From a virus (Duplodnaviria; Caudoviricetes): 64,000 nucleotides of DNA. Below the pieces are notes generated by a model. It worked only from the letters and a program-made list of their open reading frames with translations, had not been told where the DNA came from and ran no database searches. Numbering within the stretch: the stretch's first letter is position 1; the number at the start of each line of letters is the position of its first letter. The stretch covers positions 57,434-121,433 of the IMG/VR virus record IMGVR_UViG_3300028833_000087. One strand, given 5' to 3'. The position numbers and the translations under genes are program-made. Below are positions 30,792 to 39,230 of this stretch, piece by piece.

Positions 30792-31871
30792 ATGGAAATT
30801 AATTTTAATTTTAATGTATCTTGCGATAAAGAGCATTTAAAGAAACTTCAGCATTTATTAATTGATGAAGAATATGATGAAATATTGGATATACTTGCAT
30901 CCGAAAAAGAATATGAAATTAAAGATTTTAAAGGAGAAGTAGTTGATAATAATAAAAATAATGTGTTGACTATTCCTTATAAACAGGATGATTATACAAT
31001 TACAATACCTAAAACAATACCGTGTGACGGATCTGCACCTTTAAATGGAATTGATCATCTTTATAGACCTGATCAGGTAGTATATGAAACATGTAATGAA
31101 CCTGCAGAAAATGTATTAAAATTATATACTGAATCAAATATTTATTCAGCTGAAGGTAGTTCAGATCTACCGGATGATGTGAATATAAATAGTACTCCTG
31201 ATGATTTTCATTATTCAATGCCGATAACTACTGAAGAATTAGAAAAGGTTAAAGATATAACAGAGAAGACAGCTGAAACTTTTAATAATATAATGAAAAT
31301 GGTCGAGTTTACTGATGAGAAGAATCATATATTTGAATTTGCGGAATCAGCTAAAAATGGTTCTATACAATGTAGTACAATTGAAGCAGTAAATTTGGCT
31401 GAAGCTATAAGATGGTATGAATCTACAAATAATGTTGAGCTTGTATATTGTGATATCATAGATGAATATCATGCTGAATCTATAAAATTATTGGATGATG
31501 TTGTTCGTATTGTTATAGAAGGAACGTGTTATTTCTTTCGCAAAAGAAGCCCTCAATTTTATTATGTAATTAAGAATGATCATAATCTTTTCTATACTAC
31601 AATTAAATCTGATTTAACAGGAAAAGATATTATAACATTTATCGATTCTATAGAAAAAGCAGATCATTTTGAATTTATTCAAAGTGCAAAAAATGTTATT
31701 GATCATAATAAAGATTGTCAAGATAAAGATTTTACAATTATAAAATGTGCTAAGAGAATAGCTGAAATATATTGTGGTGAAGGTAGAATCATTAAATTTA
31801 ATGAATGGCATTACAAATGTGAGGGAAATAAAGATGACAGAAGTAGAAATAACAATGAAGATGAAGGTTGA
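30792..31871 (+). CDS. Hypothetical protein (mosaic of neighbouring motifs)
   Basis: 359 aa; EAIRWYESTNNVEL and IEKADHFEFIQSA. Confidence 0.75.
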   Translation: MEINFNFNVSCDKEHLKKLQHLLIDEEYDEILDILASEKEYEIKDFKGEVVDNNKNNVLTIPYKQDDYTITIPKTIPCDGSAPLNGIDHLYRPDQVVYETCNEPAENVLKLYTESNIYSAEGSSDLPDDVNINSTPDDFHYSMPITTEELEKVKDITEKTAETFNNIMKMVEFTDEKNHIFEFAESAKNGSIQCSTIEAVNLAEAIRWYESTNNVELVYCDIIDEYHAESIKLLDDVVRIVIEGTCYFFRKRSPQFYYVIKNDHNLFYTTIKSDLTGKDIITFIDSIEKADHFEFIQSAKNVIDHNKDCQDKDFTIIKCAKRIAEIYCGEGRIIKFNEWHYKCEGNKDDRSRNNNEDEG

Positions 31872-32364
31872 TGAAGATTTTATAAATGAATTAAAATATA
31901 TAATCGATCATCATATTGAACAATTAGTAGACTATGATAACTATCCTGAAATAAAGACTATCTATGATTGTAAGCTAAAAACACCTAATCAAGATGAAGA
32001 TCATTATGATAGATATATTGCAGGATTTGTTGATCCGATCAATTTTAATGTTCATTATATGAGTTATTTTGCCGCTTTTGATCCTAAATCCAAAACTCCT
32101 AATGGGTTTATGGTTAATAGTCCTAGACAAGCTTCAAGATATATTTCTATTGAAGATTTTGAAAAAGATTATGGATCAAAAATAAAAAATAAATTAACGG
32201 AAAAAAGATTATTATATACACCTGCAATAAATAGTAGAGAAAAAGAGATAAAATTTAAAAATATTGTAGAGATGATGAATAACGAACCGTATAATTTATT
32301 TATATTAAAAGTAGATCCTGGCTTTAATATAAAAGAAATGTATGTATTGAAGGAGGAAAGATAA
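31834..32364 (+). CDS. Hypothetical protein
   Basis: GAGGG SD; N-terminus resembles that of 30792 gene. Confidence 0.7.
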   Translation: MTEVEITMKMKVDEDFINELKYIIDHHIEQLVDYDNYPEIKTIYDCKLKTPNQDEDHYDRYIAGFVDPINFNVHYMSYFAAFDPKSKTPNGFMVNSPRQASRYISIEDFEKDYGSKIKNKLTEKRLLYTPAINSREKEIKFKNIVEMMNNEPYNLFILKVDPGFNIKEMYVLKEER

Positions 32365-32546
32365 TGAATGAAAAATTTTATTTTGACACAGATGTGATGA
32401 GTGAAGATGAAATACTAAAGGTATACATTCCTGATAAATCATTGGGAGAAAATGTTGGTCGTGTACTACCTATCATAACGAAATCTATATTTATTGAATG
32501 CTATAATAGGTGGATTAAAGAATCTGAAAAAGAAAAGGAGGAATAA
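32364..32546 (+). CDS. Small hypothetical protein
   Basis: 60 aa, coupled. Confidence 0.6.
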   Translation: MNEKFYFDTDVMSEDEILKVYIPDKSLGENVGRVLPIITKSIFIECYNRWIKESEKEKEE

Positions 32547-32549
32547 TAA

Positions 32550-33092
32550 ATGAGAGTTATTACAGCAGTAGAACAGTATATTCCTAAGGAAGGTGATATT
32601 ACAGTATTTCTTGCAGGTGGTATCACTAATTGCTGGGAATGGCAGGATAAGATAATTGAATTATTGATGGAAAAAGGAGATGCTAAGCAATCAAATGAAT
32701 TAGTTATCTTTAATCCTCGCAGAAAGAATTTTCCTATTGATGATCCGAATGCTTCTTATGATCAGATTTGCTGGGAATTTAAAATGCTTGAGAAAGCAGA
32801 TATCTTTTCTATGTATTTCTGCGGCGATACTCCTTCAGACCAGCCTATCTGCATGTATGAATTAGGTAGAAATATCGTTCGTATGCAGATGAAGTATCCT
32901 GCAGAGTGGCAGAAAAGAATCATTGTCAGCTTAGAAAGTAAATACAAGAGAAAAAATGATGTAATTATTCAGACTGAGTTAGCGACAAACGATAAGATTA
33001 ATGTAAGACGCTCCGATGATCCTCTTAATGTAATAGACATGCATGTAGCTGATATCTATACTAAATATATTAATTTAATAACTAAATTTTAA
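32550..33092 (+). CDS. Nucleoside 2-deoxyribosyltransferase-like protein
   Basis: VFLAGGI..WQ, FNPRR, QI.WE, ELG. Confidence 0.8.
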   Translation: MRVITAVEQYIPKEGDITVFLAGGITNCWEWQDKIIELLMEKGDAKQSNELVIFNPRRKNFPIDDPNASYDQICWEFKMLEKADIFSMYFCGDTPSDQPICMYELGRNIVRMQMKYPAEWQKRIIVSLESKYKRKNDVIIQTELATNDKINVRRSDDPLNVIDMHVADIYTKYINLITKF

Positions 33093-33104
33093 GAAGGAGT
33101 AAAA

Positions 33105-33299
33105 ATGAAAGTACCAGATGTAAAAGTTAGAGAGACAGTTGAGGTAAATCTTAAACTTGCTAGAACAGCATATATGGGTACATATGAAAATATAGATTTT
33201 TTATCAAAATTATACACTACTATCAATGAATTTTGCGAAAGATATGATGTTTATGCAGAAGATATCAAAGTAAATGCTAGTATATCTAATATAGATTAA
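33105..33299 (+). CDS. Small hypothetical protein
   Basis: 64 aa, AAGGAG SD, terminator 33305-33329. Confidence 0.65.
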   Translation: MKVPDVKVRETVEVNLKLARTAYMGTYENIDFLSKLYTTINEFCERYDVYAEDIKVNASISNID

Positions 33300-33399
33300 T
33301 GTTAAACCCTGAGGATTTCCTCAGGGTTTATTTTTTAATAATTAGCAATACTCTTAACTTGCTTATAATTAGTAATATTCTAAAAGGAGGAATATATTT

Positions 33400-34497
33400 A
33401 TGAAAGTTCTGCTTATAGGTATTGGTGCTGCTGGTAATAAAGCTGTAGTTCAAGCTGTAGAAGATAAGGTTATTGCTGAAGAAGATTCTATTATTATTAA
33501 TTCTACTGATAAAGATTTCCCAAAAGAATTTAATGGAAAGAAAATGATTTTATCTCCTAATAATCAGGGATGTGGTAAAGAAAGAGCAACTGCCTATGCT
33601 TTTACTAAAGCTCTAATTGAAAATGATACTCTTAATATTGATTGTTCTAAATATAATACAGTAATTGTTTGTGCATCTGTTGAAGGTGGTACAGGATCTG
33701 GTTCAGCTCCTTTGATTGCTAAATACTTTAAGCATGTCCATAATAGAAATGTACATGTGATTGCTTTTATTGGATTTGAAGATGATCCTAGAGGATTATC
33801 AAATACTGTAGAATTCTTTAAAGAATTAGAATCTGATCTTATTGTACAGACTATTAGAAATTCTTCTTTTATGAAACAAGCTGGTGGTAATAAGTTTAAA
33901 GCTGAAGAATTAGCTAATAAAGAAATGAGCAAGAGAATTAAGATTATTACTGGTCAGCAGTTTCTAAATTCTGAACAGAATATTGATGATACTGATATTC
34001 TTAAAGTATCAAATACTGCAGGATATATGACTGTAGAAGAAAAGTATTTAGATAAGAATTTAGAAACTGTAGAAGATTTTAATAAAGTGGTTAAGAATAT
34101 GATTTATAATTCTCACTCTATTAAATCTAATTCTCCTAAGGCTATTCGTATTGGTGTTATTCTTAATATTGAACCTGGTTCAGAAGATGCTATTGATTAT
34201 ACATTTACTGATATCACTGAAGCATATGGTAATCCTTATGAAAAATATCTTCAGAAACAATGGGATGGTAATAAAGAATATATTCAGTGGATTGTATCTG
34301 GTATGCAGATGCCGTTAGATGAGATTAAAGAGATTTATGATAGATATCTTGCTGAATCTGATAAGGTACAGAAAGACGCTGATACTTTCTTTAAAACAAT
34401 GGAAACAATGCAGATGGATAGTAGTAATTCTAGATTCGATATGATTAAACCTGAAGAAAAGAAAATGAGCAAAGATGCATTTTTAAAGAATCTATAA
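33400..34497 (+). CDS. Tubulin/FtsZ family GTPase (PhuZ/TubZ-like)
   Basis: GIGAAGNK, GCGKE, GGTGSG signature, IDDTD T7-like loop. Confidence 0.9.
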   Translation: MKVLLIGIGAAGNKAVVQAVEDKVIAEEDSIIINSTDKDFPKEFNGKKMILSPNNQGCGKERATAYAFTKALIENDTLNIDCSKYNTVIVCASVEGGTGSGSAPLIAKYFKHVHNRNVHVIAFIGFEDDPRGLSNTVEFFKELESDLIVQTIRNSSFMKQAGGNKFKAEELANKEMSKRIKIITGQQFLNSEQNIDDTDILKVSNTAGYMTVEEKYLDKNLETVEDFNKVVKNMIYNSHSIKSNSPKAIRIGVILNIEPGSEDAIDYTFTDITEAYGNPYEKYLQKQWDGNKEYIQWIVSGMQMPLDEIKEIYDRYLAESDKVQKDADTFFKTMETMQMDSSNSRFDMIKPEEKKMSKDAFLKNL

Positions 34498-34502
34498 TTA
34501 AA

Positions 34503-34528
34503 ACCCTGGACGAATATTCGTCCAGGGT
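34503..34528 (+). terminator. Terminator after tubulin gene
   Basis: ACCCTGGACGAATATTCGTCCAGGGT palindrome. Confidence 0.75.
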
Positions 34529-34542
34529 AATATATTAAATAA

Positions 34543-34555
34543 TAATATATTATAA
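34543..34555 (+). promoter_or_regulatory. Putative early promoter driving array 1
   Basis: TAATATATTATAA, one mismatch to window-wide motif. Confidence 0.6.
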
Positions 34556-34579
34556 ATATGAAAGGAGGTTAATAATTTT

Positions 34580-35093
34580 AGTAATTGTGTAGTTGCGTAC
34601 TACGATGTGCGGTTAGGCTAAGTATATGCTTTGTATTGTGCGGTAGAGCGATGTGGTGTATATGTATAGTAGTGTATTATTTTAGTTCAGTAGAGTAAAG
34701 TAAATGTGAAGTGAAGTGCTGAAACTTGTAGTGTGGCATATGTAAGGTTTGACAATGTATTGTCGAGTAAATGTATAGTGAAGTATGGTAACGCCTAGTC
34801 AAGTACAGTAGTGTAAATGCATAGTCGAGTCCTGTGTCGTAAATGTATTGCCAGGTAGTATGGTGTACTAGTATAGTCACTTACTGCTCAGTATAGTCAA
34901 GTAAATGTATTGTGACGTAGCATAACGTTATGTTCAGCGGTGTAAATGTATAGCGACGTAAAGTTTAGTTCTGTAAATGTATGGTAATACACATTGTGCC
35001 AATACGTGGTAATGTATTTGTAAAGTAAGGTATATTTAAATTACGTGAAGTAAATGTAAAGTAAGGTTGGGTAAAGTATTATTAAGTAAATAT
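34580..35093 (+). repeat. Pentamer-register array 1 (about 14 units: AWATGY + 4-8 x NNNGY); putative guide RNA array
   Basis: Hexamers at 34583, 34624, 34660, 34702, 34738, 34769, 34815, 34841, (34867), 34903, 34944, 34975, 35016, 35052, 35088; spacings 5n+1 except one 42. Confidence 0.85.
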
Positions 35094-35106
35094 TTAAAGA
35101 AAGGAG

Positions 35107-35412
35107 ATGGTGTTTATGCATGATATGAGAAGAAAGAAAGATCGAATTTGGCGTGAAGCCAAAGGAATCTGCTCTCATTGTGGTCATAAGATCTATAGTA
35201 TGAGAAATAAAACTTTAGATCATTTTATTCCAAAATCATGCTTCGGATCTTATGATGAGAGAAATTTATTTGCGCTATGTAAAAGATGTAATGAAGAAAG
35301 GGGGAATGCTCTTGTAGGACTTGATTACTATGTATATGCGTCTGAAAACAAAAAGATGCAAGCATATCAATACGGACTTGAATACAATACCAGAACATCT
35401 TCTATGCAGTAA
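35107..35412 (+). CDS. Small HNH endonuclease embedded between arrays 1 and 2
   Basis: CSHCG...TLDHFIPKS..G....NL..LCKRCN; AAGGAG SD. Confidence 0.9.
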   Translation: MVFMHDMRRKKDRIWREAKGICSHCGHKIYSMRNKTLDHFIPKSCFGSYDERNLFALCKRCNEERGNALVGLDYYVYASENKKMQAYQYGLEYNTRTSSMQ

Positions 35413-35745
35413 ATGTATAGTGTAGTGAAGTGGAGCCCAGTAAATGCAAGTTAAAGTCTAGTATCATATGGTATAGTACAGTAAAGTATATGTAAAGTAC
35501 GGTGTAGTAAAATACAGTAAATGTTTTGTAGGGTATTGTGCCATTTTGTGAAGTGATTGTATGGTGAAGTAGAGTACAGTAAATGTAAGGTGTAATGGAG
35601 TATGGTCTGGTAAAGTAGATGTGAGGTAACGCACAGTTTTGTGCTGTTGGATGATGTATATGTAAGGTGAGGCGTAGCAGTGCTGAGTCGTGTGGTGTAA
35701 TGGCGAAGTGGTGCAGAGTCATGCTTTGTGATGTAAAGTAATTGT
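35406..35745 (+). repeat. Pentamer-register array 2 (about 9 units)
   Basis: Hexamers at 35411, 35442, 35488, 35519, 35555, 35581, 35617, 35658, 35699, 35740; spacings 31,46,31,36,26,36,41,41,41. Confidence 0.9.
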
Positions 35746-35750
35746 TCGAT

Positions 35751-35790
35751 TATACAAGCATACTTACAATTTAGTAAGTATGCTTGTATA
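35751..35790 (+). terminator. 17-bp hairpin closing array 2
   Basis: TATACAAGCATACTTAC-aattta-GTAAGTATGCTTGTATA. Confidence 0.7.
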
Positions 35791-35811
35791 TATCCGAAAG
35801 GAGAATATTTA

Positions 35812-36705
35812 ATGAGTTTATTTGATAATTTTTTAAATCAAATAAAAGAAAGTCCTAAATCTGAAAAAGTTCATATTCCTCTATATAATACTATAGAGTA
35901 TAAAATATCTACTTTAGTAGATATGATAAATAATGTAGATTCTATATCTGATGAAGAATTAAAGAATGTAATCATAAGACAGCATAAAATGATATTAAAT
36001 TATGATCCATTCTTATCTAATCAAGATACTAGAAGATCTGCATTAAAGTTATTTACAAATAAAAGGTTCCTTAATTTATTTCTTGAAGTTATTGGATTCT
36101 TGGATTTATCAAGAGAACAAGTTATTTGTATAAATAAACTTGCTTATGATTATTATGTATCTAATAATAAAGAAAAAGAAATATCAGAACTATTATTATC
36201 TATTTGCTATCTTATCAATAATCAATTGATTATTCGACTTTCTGCAAAGATGGATATTACAAATGCGAGAGTTTTATCAATGATAGCTAACTCTACATTT
36301 AAAATAGAAAAGAAAGTTCATAGAGTAAATGTATTCTTTTTAAAGAAAGATACAAATAAAGAATTTACTGTACAAGATTATATAGATATTTATATAATAC
36401 TATTTGATCATTTTAGAGAATTATTTACATATTCAATGTTTGAAGCTTGGACAACTCCTATCACAGATGAGTGTGCTCAATTACAATATGATAGATTCTT
36501 AAGAATGTCAGCAGCTTTAATAATTATGCTTGATAGTTTAACAAGTAAAGATATAGCGACAGTATTAAGAGAATATGGCTACACTTTGTCTATGATACCG
36601 AATAGTCCTATTAGATTTTCTATAAAGAATATGAAAAAGTATGATAGAATCAAAGATATAGCACATAGTCTTGAAGTAAATGAAAATGATATTTTAATTC
36701 CCTAA
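35812..36705 (+). CDS. Hypothetical alpha-helical protein
   Basis: 297 aa, AAGGAG SD, terminator at about 36700-36722. Confidence 0.8.
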   Translation: MSLFDNFLNQIKESPKSEKVHIPLYNTIEYKISTLVDMINNVDSISDEELKNVIIRQHKMILNYDPFLSNQDTRRSALKLFTNKRFLNLFLEVIGFLDLSREQVICINKLAYDYYVSNNKEKEISELLLSICYLINNQLIIRLSAKMDITNARVLSMIANSTFKIEKKVHRVNVFFLKKDTNKEFTVQDYIDIYIILFDHFRELFTYSMFEAWTTPITDECAQLQYDRFLRMSAALIIMLDSLTSKDIATVLREYGYTLSMIPNSPIRFSIKNMKKYDRIKDIAHSLEVNENDILIP

Positions 36706-36803
36706 GGAGAAATCCTTAGGGATGTTTTTATTTTTTCACAATCATATAATGATATATCTAATATCACTTAACTAAATATAATTTAAGATTGGAGGATAGA
36801 TAA

Positions 36804-37694
36804 ATGAAAATTAAAGCTTTTAAAGGATTTAATCCTGATATGACTTGTAAAAAGTTTAAATTTGTTCCTGGCGTGGAATATAGTATGGATGAAGATAAAA
36901 TTAATTTGTGTACAAGAGGATTTCATTCTTGTATTATTCCTCTGCAATGTTTCAGCTATTACAAACCATTAGCAGGTGTATTTCATGAAGTAGAAATAGA
37001 TGGTGCTATGGAAATAGCAAAAGCTAATTCCAAGATAGTATCATCTAAAATTACTGTAGAAGAACATGAATTAGATTCTAAAGAAATAGTTAATGAAACT
37101 TATGATTGTATTGAGATGCTTACAGGTGATACAGATTATCACGATACAATATTAGAAGATCTTTCAGAAAAATTAAAAAATTCTAAAATTAAAGGATCTA
37201 TTAATGTTTCTAATGCTTATCGTTCTATAGCAGCATCTAATATAGATGATGATTTAGGAAATGGTTCTGTTATTAATACTGGCGGTAAATCTATTGCAGC
37301 ATCTGTTGGTAATGATAAATGCGTTGCTACATCTGATACTAATTCTATAGCTGCATCTGTTGGTAAAACAAATAATGTGATATCTGCTGGATCTAAATCT
37401 ATCGCTGCATCTATAGGAGATTATAATTTGGTAACTGCAGGTAATCAGGGTGTAATTGCAGTATCTGTTGGTGAGCAATGTAAAGTTATAGCTGAAAAAG
37501 CAGGTTCTATGGCTATTATTACTACAGATTCTATTGGAAAAGGAGCTTTAAATTCTTATCTTGTATTTGTAAATACAGTTAAGAATGCTGATGAAACTAC
37601 TATAGATAAAGTTATTACTATATTTATTGATGGTTCAAAATATCGTCCAAATACTTGGTATAAATTAGATAATGGTGTTGTAAAAGAAGCATAA
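36804..37694 (+). CDS. Hypothetical phage protein (DUF7666-like N-terminus, S-I-A-A-S-V-G repeats)
   Basis: KAFKGF..DMTC..F, GFHSC..PL.CF.YY; low-complexity repeats; WYKL C-terminus. Confidence 0.75.
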   Translation: MKIKAFKGFNPDMTCKKFKFVPGVEYSMDEDKINLCTRGFHSCIIPLQCFSYYKPLAGVFHEVEIDGAMEIAKANSKIVSSKITVEEHELDSKEIVNETYDCIEMLTGDTDYHDTILEDLSEKLKNSKIKGSINVSNAYRSIAASNIDDDLGNGSVINTGGKSIAASVGNDKCVATSDTNSIAASVGKTNNVISAGSKSIAASIGDYNLVTAGNQGVIAVSVGEQCKVIAEKAGSMAIITTDSIGKGALNSYLVFVNTVKNADETTIDKVITIFIDGSKYRPNTWYKLDNGVVKEA

Positions 37695-37821
37695 TATATA
37701 AGCCCTAGAGGAGAAATCCTCTAGGGTAAATTTTTTCATAATTATATATAATATATGTGTAAAATAGTTTTGATTGTATCCCTTATACAATCATTAAAAA
37801 TCATTTAAGGAGGAAACAAAA

Positions 37822-38586
37822 ATGGTTGAAGAACAGGTAATGAAGGTGCGTTTAACGTTCCTGCAGGATGTGCTGGGAACACAGCCCACAGACTCAAAGA
37901 TCTATGAGTCCTTTCTGGCTACCAAGATGAGAAAAGAAATGGAGAAATCTGGGTACAAGGAAGAGAAGATCGATGAGAAGATCAATAAGGGTATGGAAGC
38001 ACTTCCGAACAACGAAGATGGGGAATTCTATCGTGATGGCGTTACGGTATTTCCTCGTCTGAAGATCAAGGAAACCGGAGAAGAGATCCCGGCTATTGAA
38101 GGATACTTACTCAAAGGATTCTTCAAGAATGCATGCTGGGCATGTGCAAAAGCAGATGGATTGTCCGCAGAACTGTCAGCTTACAAAAAGTACATTGACA
38201 ATATGACTGATGTAAATGAGATCAGTCCTATCATTGTCAACGACGATGTAAAGAAATACATGGAGGAGCATAAAGGAACTCTTCCTTTATTTCAGCGTCC
38301 GATCAGAATTTCCGACAGAAATGGTGAGCGTGTAGCGCTTGCTTGCTCAGAGTATGTACCGGCTGGTAGCTATATCGATTTTGAAATCACAGCTATGTCT
38401 GAAGAGGCATTGAATTTCGTTATCGAATGGCTCAACTACGGCAAGCATAATGGACTTTGCTGCTGGAGAAATTCTGGTAAAGGAAAGTTTGACTGGATCG
38501 ATCTTGATCTTGGTGCTAAGAGGGAGATTAATCCCAAAGCAATCAAGAAAAAAGGTAAGAAAAAGAAAGCTGACGATGAGGAATAA
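37822..38586 (+). CDS. Stand-alone Cas7/Csm3-like RAMP protein (putative guide-binding effector)
   Basis: N-terminal strand MKVRLTFLQDVLG; PAIEGYLLKGFFKNA (cf. PxIPGSSLKG); EYVPAGSYIDFEI (cf. ExVPxGxxFxF); C-terminal Gly loop GLCCWRNSGKGKF. Confidence 0.75.
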   Translation: MVEEQVMKVRLTFLQDVLGTQPTDSKIYESFLATKMRKEMEKSGYKEEKIDEKINKGMEALPNNEDGEFYRDGVTVFPRLKIKETGEEIPAIEGYLLKGFFKNACWACAKADGLSAELSAYKKYIDNMTDVNEISPIIVNDDVKKYMEEHKGTLPLFQRPIRISDRNGERVALACSEYVPAGSYIDFEITAMSEEALNFVIEWLNYGKHNGLCCWRNSGKGKFDWIDLDLGAKREINPKAIKKKGKKKKADDEE

Positions 38587-38619
38587 AATGTAGCAACAGT
38601 AAAGTATAGTTTTGCTACG

Positions 38620-38654
38620 AATGCTGGGTGGAGAAATCTACCCAGCATTTTTTC
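38620..38654 (+). terminator. Intrinsic terminator between RAMP gene and array 3
   Basis: AATGCTGGGT-N10-ACCCAGCATT followed by U-tract. Confidence 0.75.
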
Positions 38655-38663
38655 TAAATCCTT

Positions 38664-39040
38664 GTATATGTAAGGCAGAGTGTGGTATCATCGTGTGTGG
38701 TAAATGCAAGGTGCTGCCAGGTAGAGTACATTATGTGTATAGTGCCGTCGAGTTATGTATATGTGTAGTATAGCATATTCCGGTCATGTATAGTATATAT
38801 GAGGTAACGTATATGTAAGGTGCAATCAGGTGAAGTGGTATTTCGTACAGTATATGTATTGTGAAGTGAAATACGGTCGGGTTTGGTTTAGTATATGCAA
38901 GGTGGGGTTAAGTATAGCTCCGTCGCGTATGGTAACGTATATGTGAGGTTTAGCGTAGCGCCGTGAGATATCGTATATGTGAGGCGGGGTATAGTGCAGT
39001 CTAGTAATGGTAAAGCTATGTGTAATTTGGTGATGTGCAT
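38664..39040 (+). repeat. Pentamer-register array 3 (about 11 units)
   Basis: Hexamers at 38666, 38702, 38733, 38759, 38795, 38811, 38852, 38893, 38939, 38975, 39006; spacings 36,31,26,36,16,41,41,46,36,31. Confidence 0.9.
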
Positions 39041-39058
39041 CATATTGCTAAGCACATT

Positions 39059-39097
39059 AATATGGTAGAGGGTTGTAATAACCCTCTACCATATTTT
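39059..39097. terminator. Long hairpin closing array 3 and the nrd operon
   Basis: AATATGGTAGAGGGTT-gtaat-AACCCTCTACCATATT. Confidence 0.75.
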
Positions 39098-39230
39098 AGT
39101 ATTTATTTTTTATTAATAATATCGCTTAATGAAATTTTATTTTTTGTTTCTTTAGTTCTATTACATGACTCTACAGATGTAATAGTAATCGGTAATTCTC
39201 TCTTTACTTGATCATTATATTTTTCTTGAT

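Noticed and set aside
34677-34880. 67-aa His/Tyr/Thr-rich minus-strand ORF
   Set aside because: Antisense translation of array 1; 5-nt periodicity is incompatible with codon structure and there is no SD
35402-35722. 106-aa His/Tyr/Thr-rich minus-strand ORF
   Set aside because: Antisense translation of array 2; composition follows directly from ACNNN repeats
35812-37694. The two genes between array 2 and the RAMP gene as system components
   Set aside because: Separated by hairpins, no Cas-like motifs, 36804 gene belongs to a common phage accessory family; link unsupported without synteny data
34580-39040. Canonical CRISPR array interpretation
   Set aside because: No 23-47 nt identical repeats with free spacers; conserved bases are interleaved every 5 nt
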